This document shows, piece by piece, positions 1 to 12,654 of a stretch of 64,000 bases of DNA. The notes under the pieces were generated by a model. The model was not told where the DNA came from. It saw only the letters and a program-made list of their open reading frames with translations, and made no database searches. The position numbers were made by a program, and so were the translations under genes. The stretch comes from Phoronis australis (Eukaryota; Animalia; Phoronida). Where the stretch lies: contig NMRA01000001.1 of assembly GCA_002633005.1 (NCBI GenBank), positions 3,948,102 to 4,012,101 on the forward strand, given 5' to 3'. Numbering within the stretch: position 1 is the first letter of the stretch; each line of letters starts with the position of its first letter.

Positions 1-712
1 ATTTTGTTTTGTTTTGTTCTGTAATAATGAATTAGAGAATTTCAGATAAACTTTCACTTGGCAACTTTTCTCAAGTTATTTGAAAATTTTTGTGAGTGCT
101 CAATTTAGTAGAAGCAAGAATTATCAAGTCTTCGTGTATGCCATATGTTGGTTGCATCACGTAACCTAAAGTCAAGTCTGAAAAGATCTGTGTCCTGGAT
201 TGGGTTTGAATGCGGGACTTTATGCTGCGTAGCCTTGTAGATGCTCTAGTTGTGTTCAACATGTGTCATGTATGAAGACTAATAATTCTTATACGATGTC
301 AACACACTACTTTAGATCAACACTATTGTATTTCAGTTAGTGTTCTGTCAGTTATTGTTTGTGATTGATGTTGAACCTGTCATACCATGACTAATACATT
401 TAAATTTACAGTCACTTATATCTGAGGACTGGAGTTTGATCACCGTGTGCAGAGCATTTTGAGCACATCTGTAGAGTGTGGGGAAGTGGGTCTGGGGATT
501 TGTACTGTGGTTTTGTGTCTGCTGGTCCTTGACTGGGGTTAAGAGGATCATAGCTGGAATTTAGAAGTGCAACATACTATTGTTTCCTTCAGGTGATGTA
601 CTTTTGCTTCGGGACACAAGTCCTTATCCACATACAAGAATTGTGAGATGATGTTGATTTCCTTAAGTGCCCTGAATAAATTTATTTACACAAAGCTTTT
701 CGATTCTTGCAG

Positions 713-3700
713 TTCCTACCTCCCAAAACGGTGACGGTGATGCTGCTGTCATATCTGAGAGCCCTGTCATCACCCCCTCGCCGTCTGAGTCTGAAGTGAG
801 CTTTGTACCGCGGAGACGAGGCCGGCCACCTCTGAGTGCTTCCAAACGTGGTCGTGGTCGGCCGTCATCTTTTAATACTGATGCCCCCATGAGGCGGAAA
901 CTACGGCTTAAAGATGTAAGTAATGTCGCAGGTTATATTGATTTTTTCTTAAAGGGTATCATCTTTTAATATCAAACCAAGCATAGACGCTTAAAAAAAA
1001 TTTTTTTTTGTACATCGTGGGTGGACACTTATACCCAAACAATTGAGTTAGCTCCTTGACACTTAAATGGATGCCAGAGTCAAATAAACACGGGCAGATT
1101 ATTTACAACATAGACAGTTTACCGTCTGGAATTGAGTGGTCATGTAGATTAGTTCAGTAGCATGATCGTTTCTTTACTTTTTTCTGCAAACATTACGTAT
1201 TGAGCTGGCCATGCACTGCTCGCATGAATGCTTTCTCCAGTTTTGACTCGTGAGTATGATCAGATTTTACAAATTGTGTTGTTCATTGAGTATGATAGTA
1301 TTAGAATGTGCGTGAATCAAAAGATCCGGTTCATGTTTCCTTCAGTAGAGAGCAGAAGAGTATGGGTGAGTATTAATGAACTGTCAGGTAATCCCATGAA
1401 CAGATATGATTTCTGATTTGAATAAGAAGCAGTTTGAGACCAGTTCATGTAACGGAGAGTGGACCAAATAAAGAGTTAGCTTTTAATAGAAGGTGGGTTC
1501 ACAGCAACTTTACATGTGTATGGTCTGAGGCAGCATACTAAGTGTGTTAGTTTCCAACATGTTTGTTAGGCTATTGTATCGAAAATATAATAGCGGAGAG
1601 AGAGTGCAGCCATTCAGCGTTCTTTCCATTTCTGTCCATTAACTGTATTCTGGCATTTGTCAGTGAATTTCATTGCTGCCACATTCTAGTTCACGTGCAT
1701 ACATTGACTGTTGTTGCTCATTCGTAGCTGGTGCGACAGTGTGATGATGAAGAGCTGATGGAGATAGTGTTGCCTCGCCTCACCAAGTCAGTCACTCCAT
1801 GGGAGTTCATGATGATGAAGTGTGAAAGAGGCAAACCTTCCAGGCTGGATGCAAAGGTTGGTTGGATTTCTGTGCTGCCAACTCTTGCCTGCACTGAGCC
1901 TCCATGTTTAGAGTCTCTCATTCGCCAAATGGAAGTTTTTTAATAGTTTTCTATAACTGGAAGTGCCAAACTTTAATTGCGTTATTGTAGCCACGCCGAG
2001 TTGTGTGCTTCGTAGCAAAGTTTTGGTCACAAAATGACTATTAATTATGTATAATCTAATGCACAATACCTAGCAACTGCCCATTAGGCTACATATATAA
2101 TCCTCAAAAGAAACATCAACGCGATGTGAATCAAAAATACTTTGAATTCGTTGTCTAGTTTTCAGATATTAGAGGTTACAGTTCCGTAAACAAAAATTTG
2201 AAACTGGTGTGTTATCTTGGTTTTCTCAACCAATCCGAGACAGCTGGTTCTACTGAGCTCAGAAGACCAGGAAACCTGTGGTTGTTCCCAGGCAAAAGTA
2301 TTTGCGTATTCATAGATTTACGTAATCAATTTTATCGTTTTATCAGAATTGTCCTCTTTCAATTCTGTGGGAACCTTTTGTTGCATTGGATTTGGTTTGG
2401 TGCATAAATTTGTGTCATTCAGGACACCTCAAGTATTTTCGTAGCCTCACATTTTCCCTCAGATAATCTGTCCATGTCATTCAGAACACCTCGGGGTATT
2501 TCCGTAGCCTTATATTTCCCCTCAGGTAATCTGTTTGTGTCATTCAGAACACCTCAGGTATTTCCTTGGCCTCACATTTCCCCTCAGATAATCTGTCTGT
2601 GTCATTCAGAACACGTCAGGGATTTCTGTAGACTCACATTTCTCAGCAGAAGATTGATGATAGGTCTGCTTTAGATTTTATTACTGTCAATGTACATGTA
2701 GGCCAGCCAAACTGAAAGACACCAAGCAAGTCACATGTGAGCTATATACTACTTTACAGTGGTGCGTTCTGTAGACCCATGACTTCATGATGTACTTCCA
2801 ACAAAATCTCTTTTGGAACGTAAACAGTGAATTACGTACCATTTTCAACATTCTAACCTCACAACCATTTTGATAGGGTACACTTGGAATGCTCCGCATG
2901 ATTTTGTTTGGTCTTTTTCACAAGATTCTTGTCCCTATGGAATCCACTCTTGTTCATGTGTAACTTCCTTCTCGTAGTTCATTGTTCAAACAGGCGTGAC
3001 TGCACTGTGATGGGGGTGCTCTGTAACCTCAGCAGAGATGAAACTTTGCTATCAATGTCACTGCCCATAAATGAAGTCGAGGTTGCGTTCCATAGATGCA
3101 AGAACCTAGTGAAATGCAAAGTCGTGCAAGTGTTTGAGATATATCACTTTGTATTACACGTAAAGGACATGGTCATAGTCACACTAGGTTTTCTCTTGAT
3201 TGTCTTGGATTTGCGGAACAAAGCCCAGTTAAGAACTAATCTTACCGCCAATGGTTGTATGGTAGTTTCCTTCACTCCTTACAACAAATATGTCCTATCG
3301 TTACTTTATCTTAACTAAGAGCTTGATGTTGTAGGAAATCTACAATGAGTTTGAATCTCTGGTTGGCGACATGAAAAAATACTGTAAAGAGAACTTCACA
3401 CTTGTGCCTGGCGTAGGTTCCCTTGCCAACTCCGACAAACACCTAGAGGTAGGCAGTCTTTGCGTTTGTCTTTACATTACTTTGAGCCTGAAGTAGGCAT
3501 GCTATAGGTAATGCAGGTATTAAATTAAATACACAGATCCTTTGGGGGAACATTCGTGAAGCATGAAAAATTCCTGAAATATGCTGAGTCAGCAACTTTT
3601 TTGGGCAGGCTAAATTTAGAATTCTGAAAGGTTATTTGGCTTATTCCCTTTTGATTTAATTTCAACTCCATCTTTTTACTGTAAGTGATATATAAGTTGC

Positions 3701-4874
3701 CAAGTTCACCCTGTGCCTTTCTCGTATAATTTAATTGAAAATTGATTAATGTTTGTTCATATACACCAGTTTAGGAACCACGAGACTTGTGAAACTTTAA
3801 ATGGGTAATGTCACATAGTTAGGAATGAGGTAGCCTCAAAGACTTGCTACAAAGTTGCTGATTTGTGGCTTTGGGAAAAGTCCCCGGACCTGTGACAGAG
3901 AGTGTTGGGTATTTATGTACCTCCCCTTGGCCCCTAATTCCATTGTAAGGGTTGTGATGTCAACAGTTGACTGAGCCCTGGGATGGGTCAAGTGTTCGTC
4001 TCAGCACAGTGATGCAAGTGTTGTGTACAGCACACTATCTCAACGGGGCTTACTCTTAGGTTACTTCAATTTTATTTTGGTGCAAGCTGTCCACTGCTCT
4101 TCACAGTACTGTTAAAGTTTGAAAGATCATGTAGACTCGACTGTAATGTTTACTAGTGTGTTTGCTTGTCAGGTAATAAAATTGTCCCCACTTTCTCAGA
4201 TTACAGCTGAAAGTATTGCGCAAGTGCTGGACCTTCAGACAGGCTCTTATGAGATTCCAGAACGACCTGCAGCAGAAGTTTCTATTCCTATAACTTACAA
4301 CATAGCTTCAAGTTCTGCAGCCGCTGTGTCACCGGACATGTCCACGGCATTGCAAACCAATACGTTAAAACGATCGGCGGAACACATTGCCTCTGGTAAT
4401 CCAAATGAAGGCAATGAAGCAAAACGACCTCGAATAACATTCTGTACATCTGACCTTCAGCCAACACCACTGCCAATAGTTGTCACTTCTAGTAGTGATG
4501 TTCAGCTGGGCGAGGTGGCTATGGTAGCAGCTACTGGTGGGTCTGTATTGACATCTAATGGTGACAAGGAGGTGATGGAGACGACAAGCAAAGTTTCAGA
4601 TGATTTGAGCGAGGCTGGCACAGTTTTACCTCAGGGAGGCCAGGTGATGAGTCTGACTGAAAACGACAGTGACGACGGTACTCAGATTGTGATCGATTCA
4701 CAAACAAATGTTCTACAGACCTCTGAGGGGATTGTGGTCATACGGAATGCAGATGGCACTGTCTCGCTGCAGGGATTTGGTGAGCAAGAGATCCCTATAG
4801 AGACGGTTCAGGCTCTCTTGGCCATGGAAGCTGAAGGGCAAACACAACTGCAGCTCAGTGATGGCTCTGTCTAG
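713..4874 (+). CDS. ZNF839: ZNF839-like protein (DUF4764-type), 3' part only; 5' exons lie upstream of the window
   Basis: Phase-compatible GT-AG exons 713-915, 1728-1856, 3335-3448 and 4200-4874 (alternative in-frame acceptor at 4173). They join to ...RRRGRPP..KRGRGRP..KLRLKD|LVRQCDDEELMEIVLPRLTKSVTPWEFMMMKCERGKPSRLDAK|EIYNEFESLVGDMKKYC..HLE|ITAESIAQVLDL...DGSV*. This resembles the ZNF839 conserved block as I recall it ([44 protein letters not shown]). Confidence 0.8.
2411..2646. repeat. Intronic minisatellite, ~62-bp unit, ~4 copies
   Basis: The unit tgtgtcattcagaacacctcaggtatttccgtagcctcacatttcccctcagataatctgt recurs at about 2411, 2474, 2536 and 2598. Confidence 0.9.
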
Positions 4875-5165
4875 TTTGCATTTCACGGTTCTGCCAAGCT
4901 TGCAGCTTACTGAGGATTCTGTCTAGCTTGCAGTTTATTGGCAGTTTTGTCACACTTGCAGCTCAGTGGTGGCTCTATCTAGTTTGCACATCACTGGCAG
5001 CTTTGTTAAACTGTCTGCTCAGTAGCGGTTCTGTCTACTTTGCTGCTCACCGGTGGTTCCTATCAAGCTTGCTGCTCAGTGACAGCTCTGCCTACTTTGC
5101 AGTTCACTGTCTAGATTACAGGTTGTCATGGTGACTCGGCAGCTCACTGTTAACTGTCTAGTGCA
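4848..5165. repeat. Degenerate ~28-bp tandem repeat overlapping the ZNF839 stop codon and proximal 3'UTR
   Basis: tgcagctcagtgatggctctgtctagtt-like units occur at about 4849, 4901, 4957, 5016, 5041 and 5070. Confidence 0.75.
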
Positions 5166-8100
5166 TGGGTGTTGCTGTTAAATCTGCACCTCATGCCATC
5201 TGGTGGCTAGTCGTTGACCATTTCTGGTGTTTGAAGTACAGTTTAGCCTGTCAACAAATTGGTGAAATCGTTTTTACTGCAGAGCCTGCCTTGTTTGTGT
5301 TGCTCTTAGTGATGTGCTGCTTACATCTTGTTAATTCCGTGAATGTTCACTACAGAGGTAACCTCCCTGTGTTATGCTGCTAACAGATTGAAGTCGGAAT
5401 ACAACGAACAAACTGTTAGCTGTACACAACAGTCCCATATGTAGTCATGTTTGTGTAATGGGTAACTAATGCAAGGTGTATGATACCTGAAAATGTGTGT
5501 ATTACAAATATTTTTTTACTTGCCAGCATTTTCAAGCCTGGAGGTAGTACTTGAGTCTTGAACCTCGCTTCTCCTTCACTGACCTGAAAACACAAATCTA
5601 ATTGGAGTATGAGTCCCATCATCTGATGGGGTGTTTTGTGGGCGGTTAGTGTTTTTGAGTCCATGACTTGGTGTTTTACTCACAATCCAGATGTATGACT
5701 CAAAATATCCATGACTCGTGTCTGTTGTCTGTGACTAGAAATTTTGGAGTGCTTGGCGTGTCATTAGTTGATGTTCCAGGTACGCGACTTGTGTTTTGGG
5801 ACCAACAACTCATGTTTGAAGGTCAGTTTAGTGGTTTGTAGGTCCATGACTTGTATGCCTTCTTTGGGCTTGATTTTATTTGTTTTAAACTATTTTTGAG
5901 TTTAGGGATAACAAGTGTTTTTGTTGACAGTTTGATTAGTAGTGGTTTGTGATTATGCTGATACGAGTTGTAGATGTTTTCTACGGCCAGAGTGCATTTC
6001 GTTCATGAGTGATGGAAGTAAGGTACAAGTCCTGGGGTCAATGCTCTTAAAATAAGCATTTCTTTCTAACTGATGACTCCCATAATCCCTGGCACCACTC
6101 CAGCCATTCACCCATTTGTTCATGATTTGCATTGAAATGTTCACGGTAAGCTGGGATATTCACCATTTCCGGTAAGCTAGAGCGTTCATCGTGGTGCGTT
6201 TTACGTTATAATCGGTGTATCGACAATGAGTGATTCCTGTACCCTTTATATTGTTATTGCGTCGAGATTGTGATCGGTGATTTCTGCTTTTTTTAACGCA
6301 TTTATACAAAAAAGGTTGTTTAAAAACAACGGAAGCTTATTGTCAATAATTTCTCTCAAGTTCATTTGCTCACATTACACTGAAGCCCATGTCCCACCAA
6401 TATTGCAGACGTCATCACAGCTAGATTAAGTGGACATGGAACTACTTGGCTCATCTTTCGCTCCAGTTCATTGCTCGCAATTTCTTTGTTCATCGCGTTC
6501 GTCAAACAAATCTCCCTGTTCACTTTGAAAGAGCTTGAATTCCTCCATTGTTAACCCAGGATAAACTGATCAACACTGCTTAAGTTCTCATGCACTTGAT
6601 TGCGAGAATATGATCATGGAATGGTGATTCAGTCCTTACAAGCACGTTGGCATTGCAGAAATTCATGTTATGATAAATGGGTAAGGAGTTTTAAAGTATA
6701 TGCCAATTCAGGCCTAGTAAGAAATTTACTTCTCAAAGTACCAAAAACCCCAGAGATTTGTACTTTAAAGATTTTCTGTGACTAACTACTTTATGGTGTT
6801 GTTGGTTTTTAGTTGAAAATTGTATATGCTATTTGAATCTCATCTGCGATTGTTACTAATAATTGTACGGGAACTATCTGACGTCAAAGCTAGCAGTAAT
6901 ATTCATACAACATTGTTGATGTCACTCTTCATGTGGTTTCTGTTACTGTGCTTTTGTACCCTAGTGATTATCAGAAAACTTTCTGAGTTGGTCAATGTTA
7001 CACAAATGTGGATGATTCCTGAGGGCACTTTCTCATTGTATGGACTGAGGAGAGCAGTGTTGCCCAAGAACAAAGGTGTGGTTGCTCTCATAAGATCCAT
7101 ATAACCTGACATGCCCAACAGATGGGTCTATATTTGTGTTAGAATACGGTTTCTGGTGCTTCTTTCCTCATCATTCATCTGTTAGATTGACAGGTTTTTC
7201 CTGCTATGACTTACTTCCATTGTCTGCTCGCTAACTTTCTTTTTGCAGGGTCAGGAGTTATAACTTATGCACTGTTTGGGGACATCTGTCGTCTGCTAGC
7301 CAGGCAACATTACCACATAATGGAAGTATCAGTAATGGTATAATAATTTTGTGTGTAACATCAGGTGCAGGTTAAACCCCTTGTACACGCCAACACATGA
7401 TGTTCTTCCTTTCGTTTTAATTCAAAAGTAGAAGTTACATCAATTTTGCCAAACAAACTTTAATTCTGTGAATTATGTAACTAGCTGAGCTCTGCTTGTC
7501 AATCAGTCAACGAAATTAGTGCTCAGTCGTTGGCTATCGAAGAGGCTATGTCATCTCAGTTGCTTGTTTGGGCTGAAACTGTACTGTATCTGGTCATTTT
7601 GTGAGAAAAGTAGAGTCTGTTTTGTACATCTATTAGAAGCAGGTAGTCTGTGATCCAGGTTTACGTAAAATTCTCTTGTTTGGAACTCTGGAATTCAAGC
7701 CAAATTTTATTATTTGATTCTGAACATTGGCACATGAGCGATCTTGTCAGAATATTGGACACTGCGTTTTGTATAAACAGTGTGAAAATGGACTTGGCAG
7801 TTCAGGATATCGCCAATAAGAGCCGCCCATGTGTCACAACGTTTGTCGTTGGGACGGCCAGTTTTGCCCATTCCTAAAATTTGGTGCAAGCTCCGACCTT
7901 GAGCAAAATCATTAATCCTTGACGTTCCCAAACTGGAGGTTTTTCCCGTAATTTGTAGATTTTTTGTTTTGACTGTAAAGCGTATGTCATTTAAGTGAGA
8001 AAATCCAGCTGGGTTTGTCCAAAAATCGTAGAGCACATGTTTAAAAGAGAACTCGAAATGATCCTTTTGAGCATGTGGTATTTAGATTATGTCGTGCGTT

Positions 8101-8504
8101 TTGGCGACAGGTTTAGACTTTTTAAGTGTAAAAACTCCCGTTGATAAAAGTACAAAATTTAGACATTTCACTCACTAACCCACATTCTTAGTGTTGAGTT
8201 GTGATCATTTCACCTCATTAGGATCTTATTTTTCTGAATTTTAACTTGGGGCCAGTTGGTTTTACATTCTCCAGGCACTGTTAGGATTCATGTTTCCATC
8301 TGAAGAGCGCTAACACATCCAATAACCCATTTGGTAGGAGTAGGGCTCTTCCATTTACTAGACACGCCGGTATGTGGGGGTCCCGATTAGATGTGCTTGA
8401 AAATTTATTTTTCCATTTTTTCCCGAACCGATAACGGCAACTGCCGTCGTCCCATCTTGGGACTTGCCAATTAATTCCTGCGTTGTACATGCATGAAAAC
8501 TAAT

Positions 8505-8734
8505 AACAGCTTATTATTTAAAATGACTTATTCTTATCAAAATGACATAGGCAAAAAATTGAATTTCAGGCCTCAAAAGCGAGGCCACTATATTGATATA
8601 GCGGGCCCCGCTCTTCGACCCCCTTTCGGCGAGGCTTCCTATATTAATATAGGGAGCCTCGCTTTTGAGCTCCTAAATTCAATTTTTTGCCTGTCATTTT
8701 AATAAGAATAAGTCATTTTAAATAATAAGCTGTT
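8505..8734. mobile_element. Palindromic (fold-back) MITE
   Basis: The arm aacagcttattatttaaaatgacttattcttat..aggcaaaaaattgaattt..ctcaaaagcgaggc is mirrored by its reverse complement ending aaataataagctgtt. TAAT flanks both sides (candidate 4-bp TSD). Confidence 0.85.
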
Positions 8735-11030
8735 TAATACTCTTGATTGGGTCGTTGGTGAATTTAACCTTGCATCGTTTACTCTAAGTACTCTGTCTTG
8801 GAGTACCTGCAAGAGGTACGCTGTTTCTTTGCTCGTCCAATGAGGTAGTAGTCTTATTGTGGTGTATGTAGGAGAGCGTTCTTTATGTTTTACATTGCGA
8901 CAACATGTAAGAGTATGATCAGTTTCATGTGAACCCTTTACTCTTAAGAGATGATCATGAAGCAAATCGATAAATTTATGGAGAAGTTACCTCCCTTGCA
9001 CGTTTCGAAAATGAAAATGGTGGTAACGTGTTAGAGTAATTGTTATAATGCTGCTGTTGAGCTATCTGCATATTAACGTTCTTTGTCAAGGTTTCCAATA
9101 AAATTTAAGTACACAACGCTTGTTGGAGGTTAGTGTCGAAGTGCTACTGCTTTGATATTATACGGGCAATGTCAGCAGATGATGGAAACGGCCTACCTCG
9201 AGTGTCGAATGTAAATAAATTGAATGCAGAATATGATAATTTAATCACATGTGACGGATGGGAGTATTTGTATACATTTTCTGATATTGAGTGTCAAAGT
9301 CAGATATTTTCAACCGATAATTTTTGTAATTAAATGGAATGATAAAACAGTTTCCAGTAAAATTGTGTTAATTTGATTGTCTTGTGTTGTCCGTCTACAT
9401 TGTTGACTAAGAGAAGAAGCAAGCACAAGTTCATGAAAAGCATTTGTATTTTGTATTCGCCCCCGGGCTACCCATGTACGACTATGCATGTCTGTTCATT
9501 TCTTTTGAACCACCCGCCCACCCTCCCTCCTTCAATAACGCGGTCGTGACTCATTTCTAAGACAAATGCCCTTCCACCATGACGTCACCATGGTCCATAT
9601 TTTGTTAGGCACCCACCCATTCACCACTTTTCCTTTGTTGAGTAACTTTGGTTCCCGCCTAAAGAGGGCCTTGGAAAGGCGGGAAGTCAGGGGCTGTCCA
9701 CTTCGGACTGAAATGTTCAGCTGCAAAAAATATGAAACGACGAAGTCATACGAACTTGGTGGCACTTCTAACAAAAAGTAGTGTACTCTAGTGAAATTAA
9801 CACACAGTTTGAACACACTAATGTAACTTCAAAGCCTAACAAGGTAGACAAAGACATTCAACTAAGACTCTTAATCACAGCTGGTCACCTCAACATACAT
9901 AGTAGGCGTTCGGGAATGCGTTCACTGACCCCACTGTTGAGCCAAAGTCTCCATTAAAGATACCAGAGTTGCGTTCAGAACACTGATGACTTTAAAAAAG
10001 GCTAAATGTTTTGCGTTTCGCCAGAGTTCCTCGGGTCTACGGAACCTTGAATGGCTCCCTTAATTCCGGATTTCCAAATAATCGAAAAACCTTCCACCCC
10101 AAAATCAACTTATGATACACTAAAATTCTTACTGATATGAAATTGGTTTAAAAATTTCCTTATTCCAATTAGAGACGATGTCGCGGGCTCCAAAATAACT
10201 CGCATGTGCCGGCTATAAGTTGGACTGCCACTGACGGCGTGTCTTATGGGCCACACGTGGTTTCGGCGAATAACGAGTTGCTGCAAACCCTAGAATCCAC
10301 GTCTGACTTGAGCAATGAACAAGTCGGTGACCAATTTTGACAGCGGTGGTACAGCTCGGTTCTTAGTCGTCGGATCCCCATACTGATATAGTTAACCAAG
10401 TAGGCCGACCTACAGCTCTGGTACCCGAGTCGCAGAAAAGACGGGATCCATCTTTCAGCGAGTAATTCATTTTCGATATACTTCTCTCATAAAAATTACC
10501 CGGCCGTCCAAAGTGTTAACAAACCCAGCACTGGAGATATAGAGCTGGTCTCGCAATAAGTTCAAGAAACAAGTAGCGGATCCGAGTGCTTGAGATAATC
10601 GCATTCGCTCCAATTTTTTATGTCACATTTTGACTTGTTAGTTTTAAACTCCGCAATAAGTGAGTGCATTTGTGTCATTGAACGTTAACATTGACCGTTT
10701 GTGCTCGTGGGCAGCCCGTCAAGGCGGCCCATTGCCGGACTTTTCCACCATGACGCGACTAAGAGAGAGACCGCCCGTGCGGCCAGTGAAGAAGACAATC
10801 TACCCCAGTATTTACGCGTTTTTTGCGATTCCGCCACCGCACGATTCCCAGTGCTGATAACCAGCACAAGTCCACGGTCTAGCAAATACCAGACAGGGAT
10901 TTAATCCGAAATGTATCAGACACTTGAACTTGGTAGTAGGCGGCACTAGATGGAGCAACAACGAATATCAAGTTGGAAAAGCAACCGGAGTTCCCAGCCG
11001 GCCGGGTGCAGCCAGAAGGCTTACTGACAC

Positions 11031-11523
11031 CAAGGGCGTCTACACGATATTACGGGCCCCCCGGCCGGGCACAGAGGTCCACTGGGGCCTCTGTTATACC
11101 AAGTGTTTATAGCAATAACAAACGTACATTTTACCCCAACAAGTGGCATGTGTATTTATCGACTGGCCTGGCCTTGCGCTGCCAACACCGGCAGTGCATA
11201 TCAGAAATCGACGAACATGCTGTTTCTACAGTATTCATTAATGGAGTGCTTTTCAAAATACATGCATCCATAGAAAATGGCTTAGAGTGATTTTACCCGT
11301 GTTAAATTGCAGTTTTACGGCACATTAAGCCCTCCGTCGGCGGGTACTTTGCTAATTTTTCTACTCGAGCATACGCGATCTTGAGATTGAGCAAAATTCC
11401 AAGTTCACGCAAAGCAGCACTTAGCCGGATTTGTATCATTCGGTATGACTGACATGGAGAAGCCTGGGTCCCCTGTAGTCGTGGGGCCCCGGGCAAGTGG
11501 GCCGAGTGGTAAAGACGGCACTG
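11031..11523. mobile_element. Non-autonomous hAT-type element (MITE)
   Basis: Imperfect TIRs caagggcgtct... / ...aagacggcactg with GGGCCCC subterminal motifs. Perfect 8-bp TSD ACTGACAC at 11023-11030 and 11524-11531. Confidence 0.85.
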
Positions 11524-11921
11524 ACTGACACAAAATTGCATATAATGTGAAATGAAAACGATTTTTGACTTAATTTGATAATTCTTACACAAGATGTTCT
11601 ACTATGGATTAGTATTGAGACTATAAAAGTGCCCACCACTAAACGGTCTTGAGACTAAGACCCAAAATAATGACAGTGGGGAAAATGACGACAGTCCAAC
11701 TGAGCTGCTGGCCCTAGTCCAGGGGCACGTTCTGTAACGCTAGACGTGAATTTTCTCTAACTCAACATTCCAGTCTTGCCAACGTTCACTCACTTCAGTG
11801 CAGGTGTTTGTTGGCAAGGTGATCAGCTTACTCAAGAGATTTTGCATAGGTGATTCCGACAAACTCTCAAAAATAGATTTACACAATGCACCCGATAAAA
11901 TGTGATTTTCATCGCTACTGT

Positions 11922-12078
11922 CAGTAGCAGATTTAGAGGGGGGCCAAGGGGGCCATGACCCCCCTAAAATTCCCCCAGATTACTTTTGGGAGTTCGGGGG
12001 TGCGAATGTCTGACAGGAAAAATCCTGGCTAATACTCTGTCCTGACCCCCCTAACTCAAAATCCTGGATCCGCCCCTG
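11922..12078. mobile_element. Short MITE of a CAGT/GGCGGAT-ended family
   Basis: Ends cagtagcagattt / ggatccgcccctg with 5-bp TSD ACTGT on both sides. A homologous inverted copy lies at 18379-18542. Confidence 0.75.
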
Positions 12079-12654
12079 ACTGTATATTGACATAACAGAG
12101 ACTTGTCATGATGAAAATGCACACCTGTTACAAAATATGGTAATACATTAGCTAGAGGGAACAAAACAACATACAGAAGTAGGCTAGAGGCATACCAGCT
12201 CTTATCACACAACACTTTCAACTACGAAAACAATAGCAATGAATGTAACACATATCCTGCATGACGGTCATAAGCACGGGATTGCGAGGGAACGCAACCC
12301 AGTGGTTTATTTTAGGGGAAGCGCTATACAGAATCTAATGTATGACTATCCTAAACACTATTCACACTAATCACCCATCTTAATAATCACCTGATATGAC
12401 TTGTGTGTCTATGAAGACTACAGGATCAGACGATCGTAACTATGAAAGGACCTACAACATTTGGTGTAATGGAGACCAGAAATCACGATCTTAATTGTTC
12501 AGTGTATTCAATTCAACAGGTTTAACAAATTTAATAACAAAAAAACATTTCAGAATGACCAAACATGACTGCGCCAGTAAAGTCACATTTGCACCTCACA
12601 ATGAATAAGCTGGACTAGGCTTGTGTATAACAAAGAACGACGAACTTTGCTTCA

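Noticed and set aside
663-890. Minus-strand ORF with RPRPRL repeats
   Set aside because: It is the antisense shadow of the ZNF839 exon 713-915.
2908-3318. 136-aa ORF in a ZNF839 intron
   Set aside because: Non-ATG start, no recognisable motif, and the flanking exons already join in frame without it.
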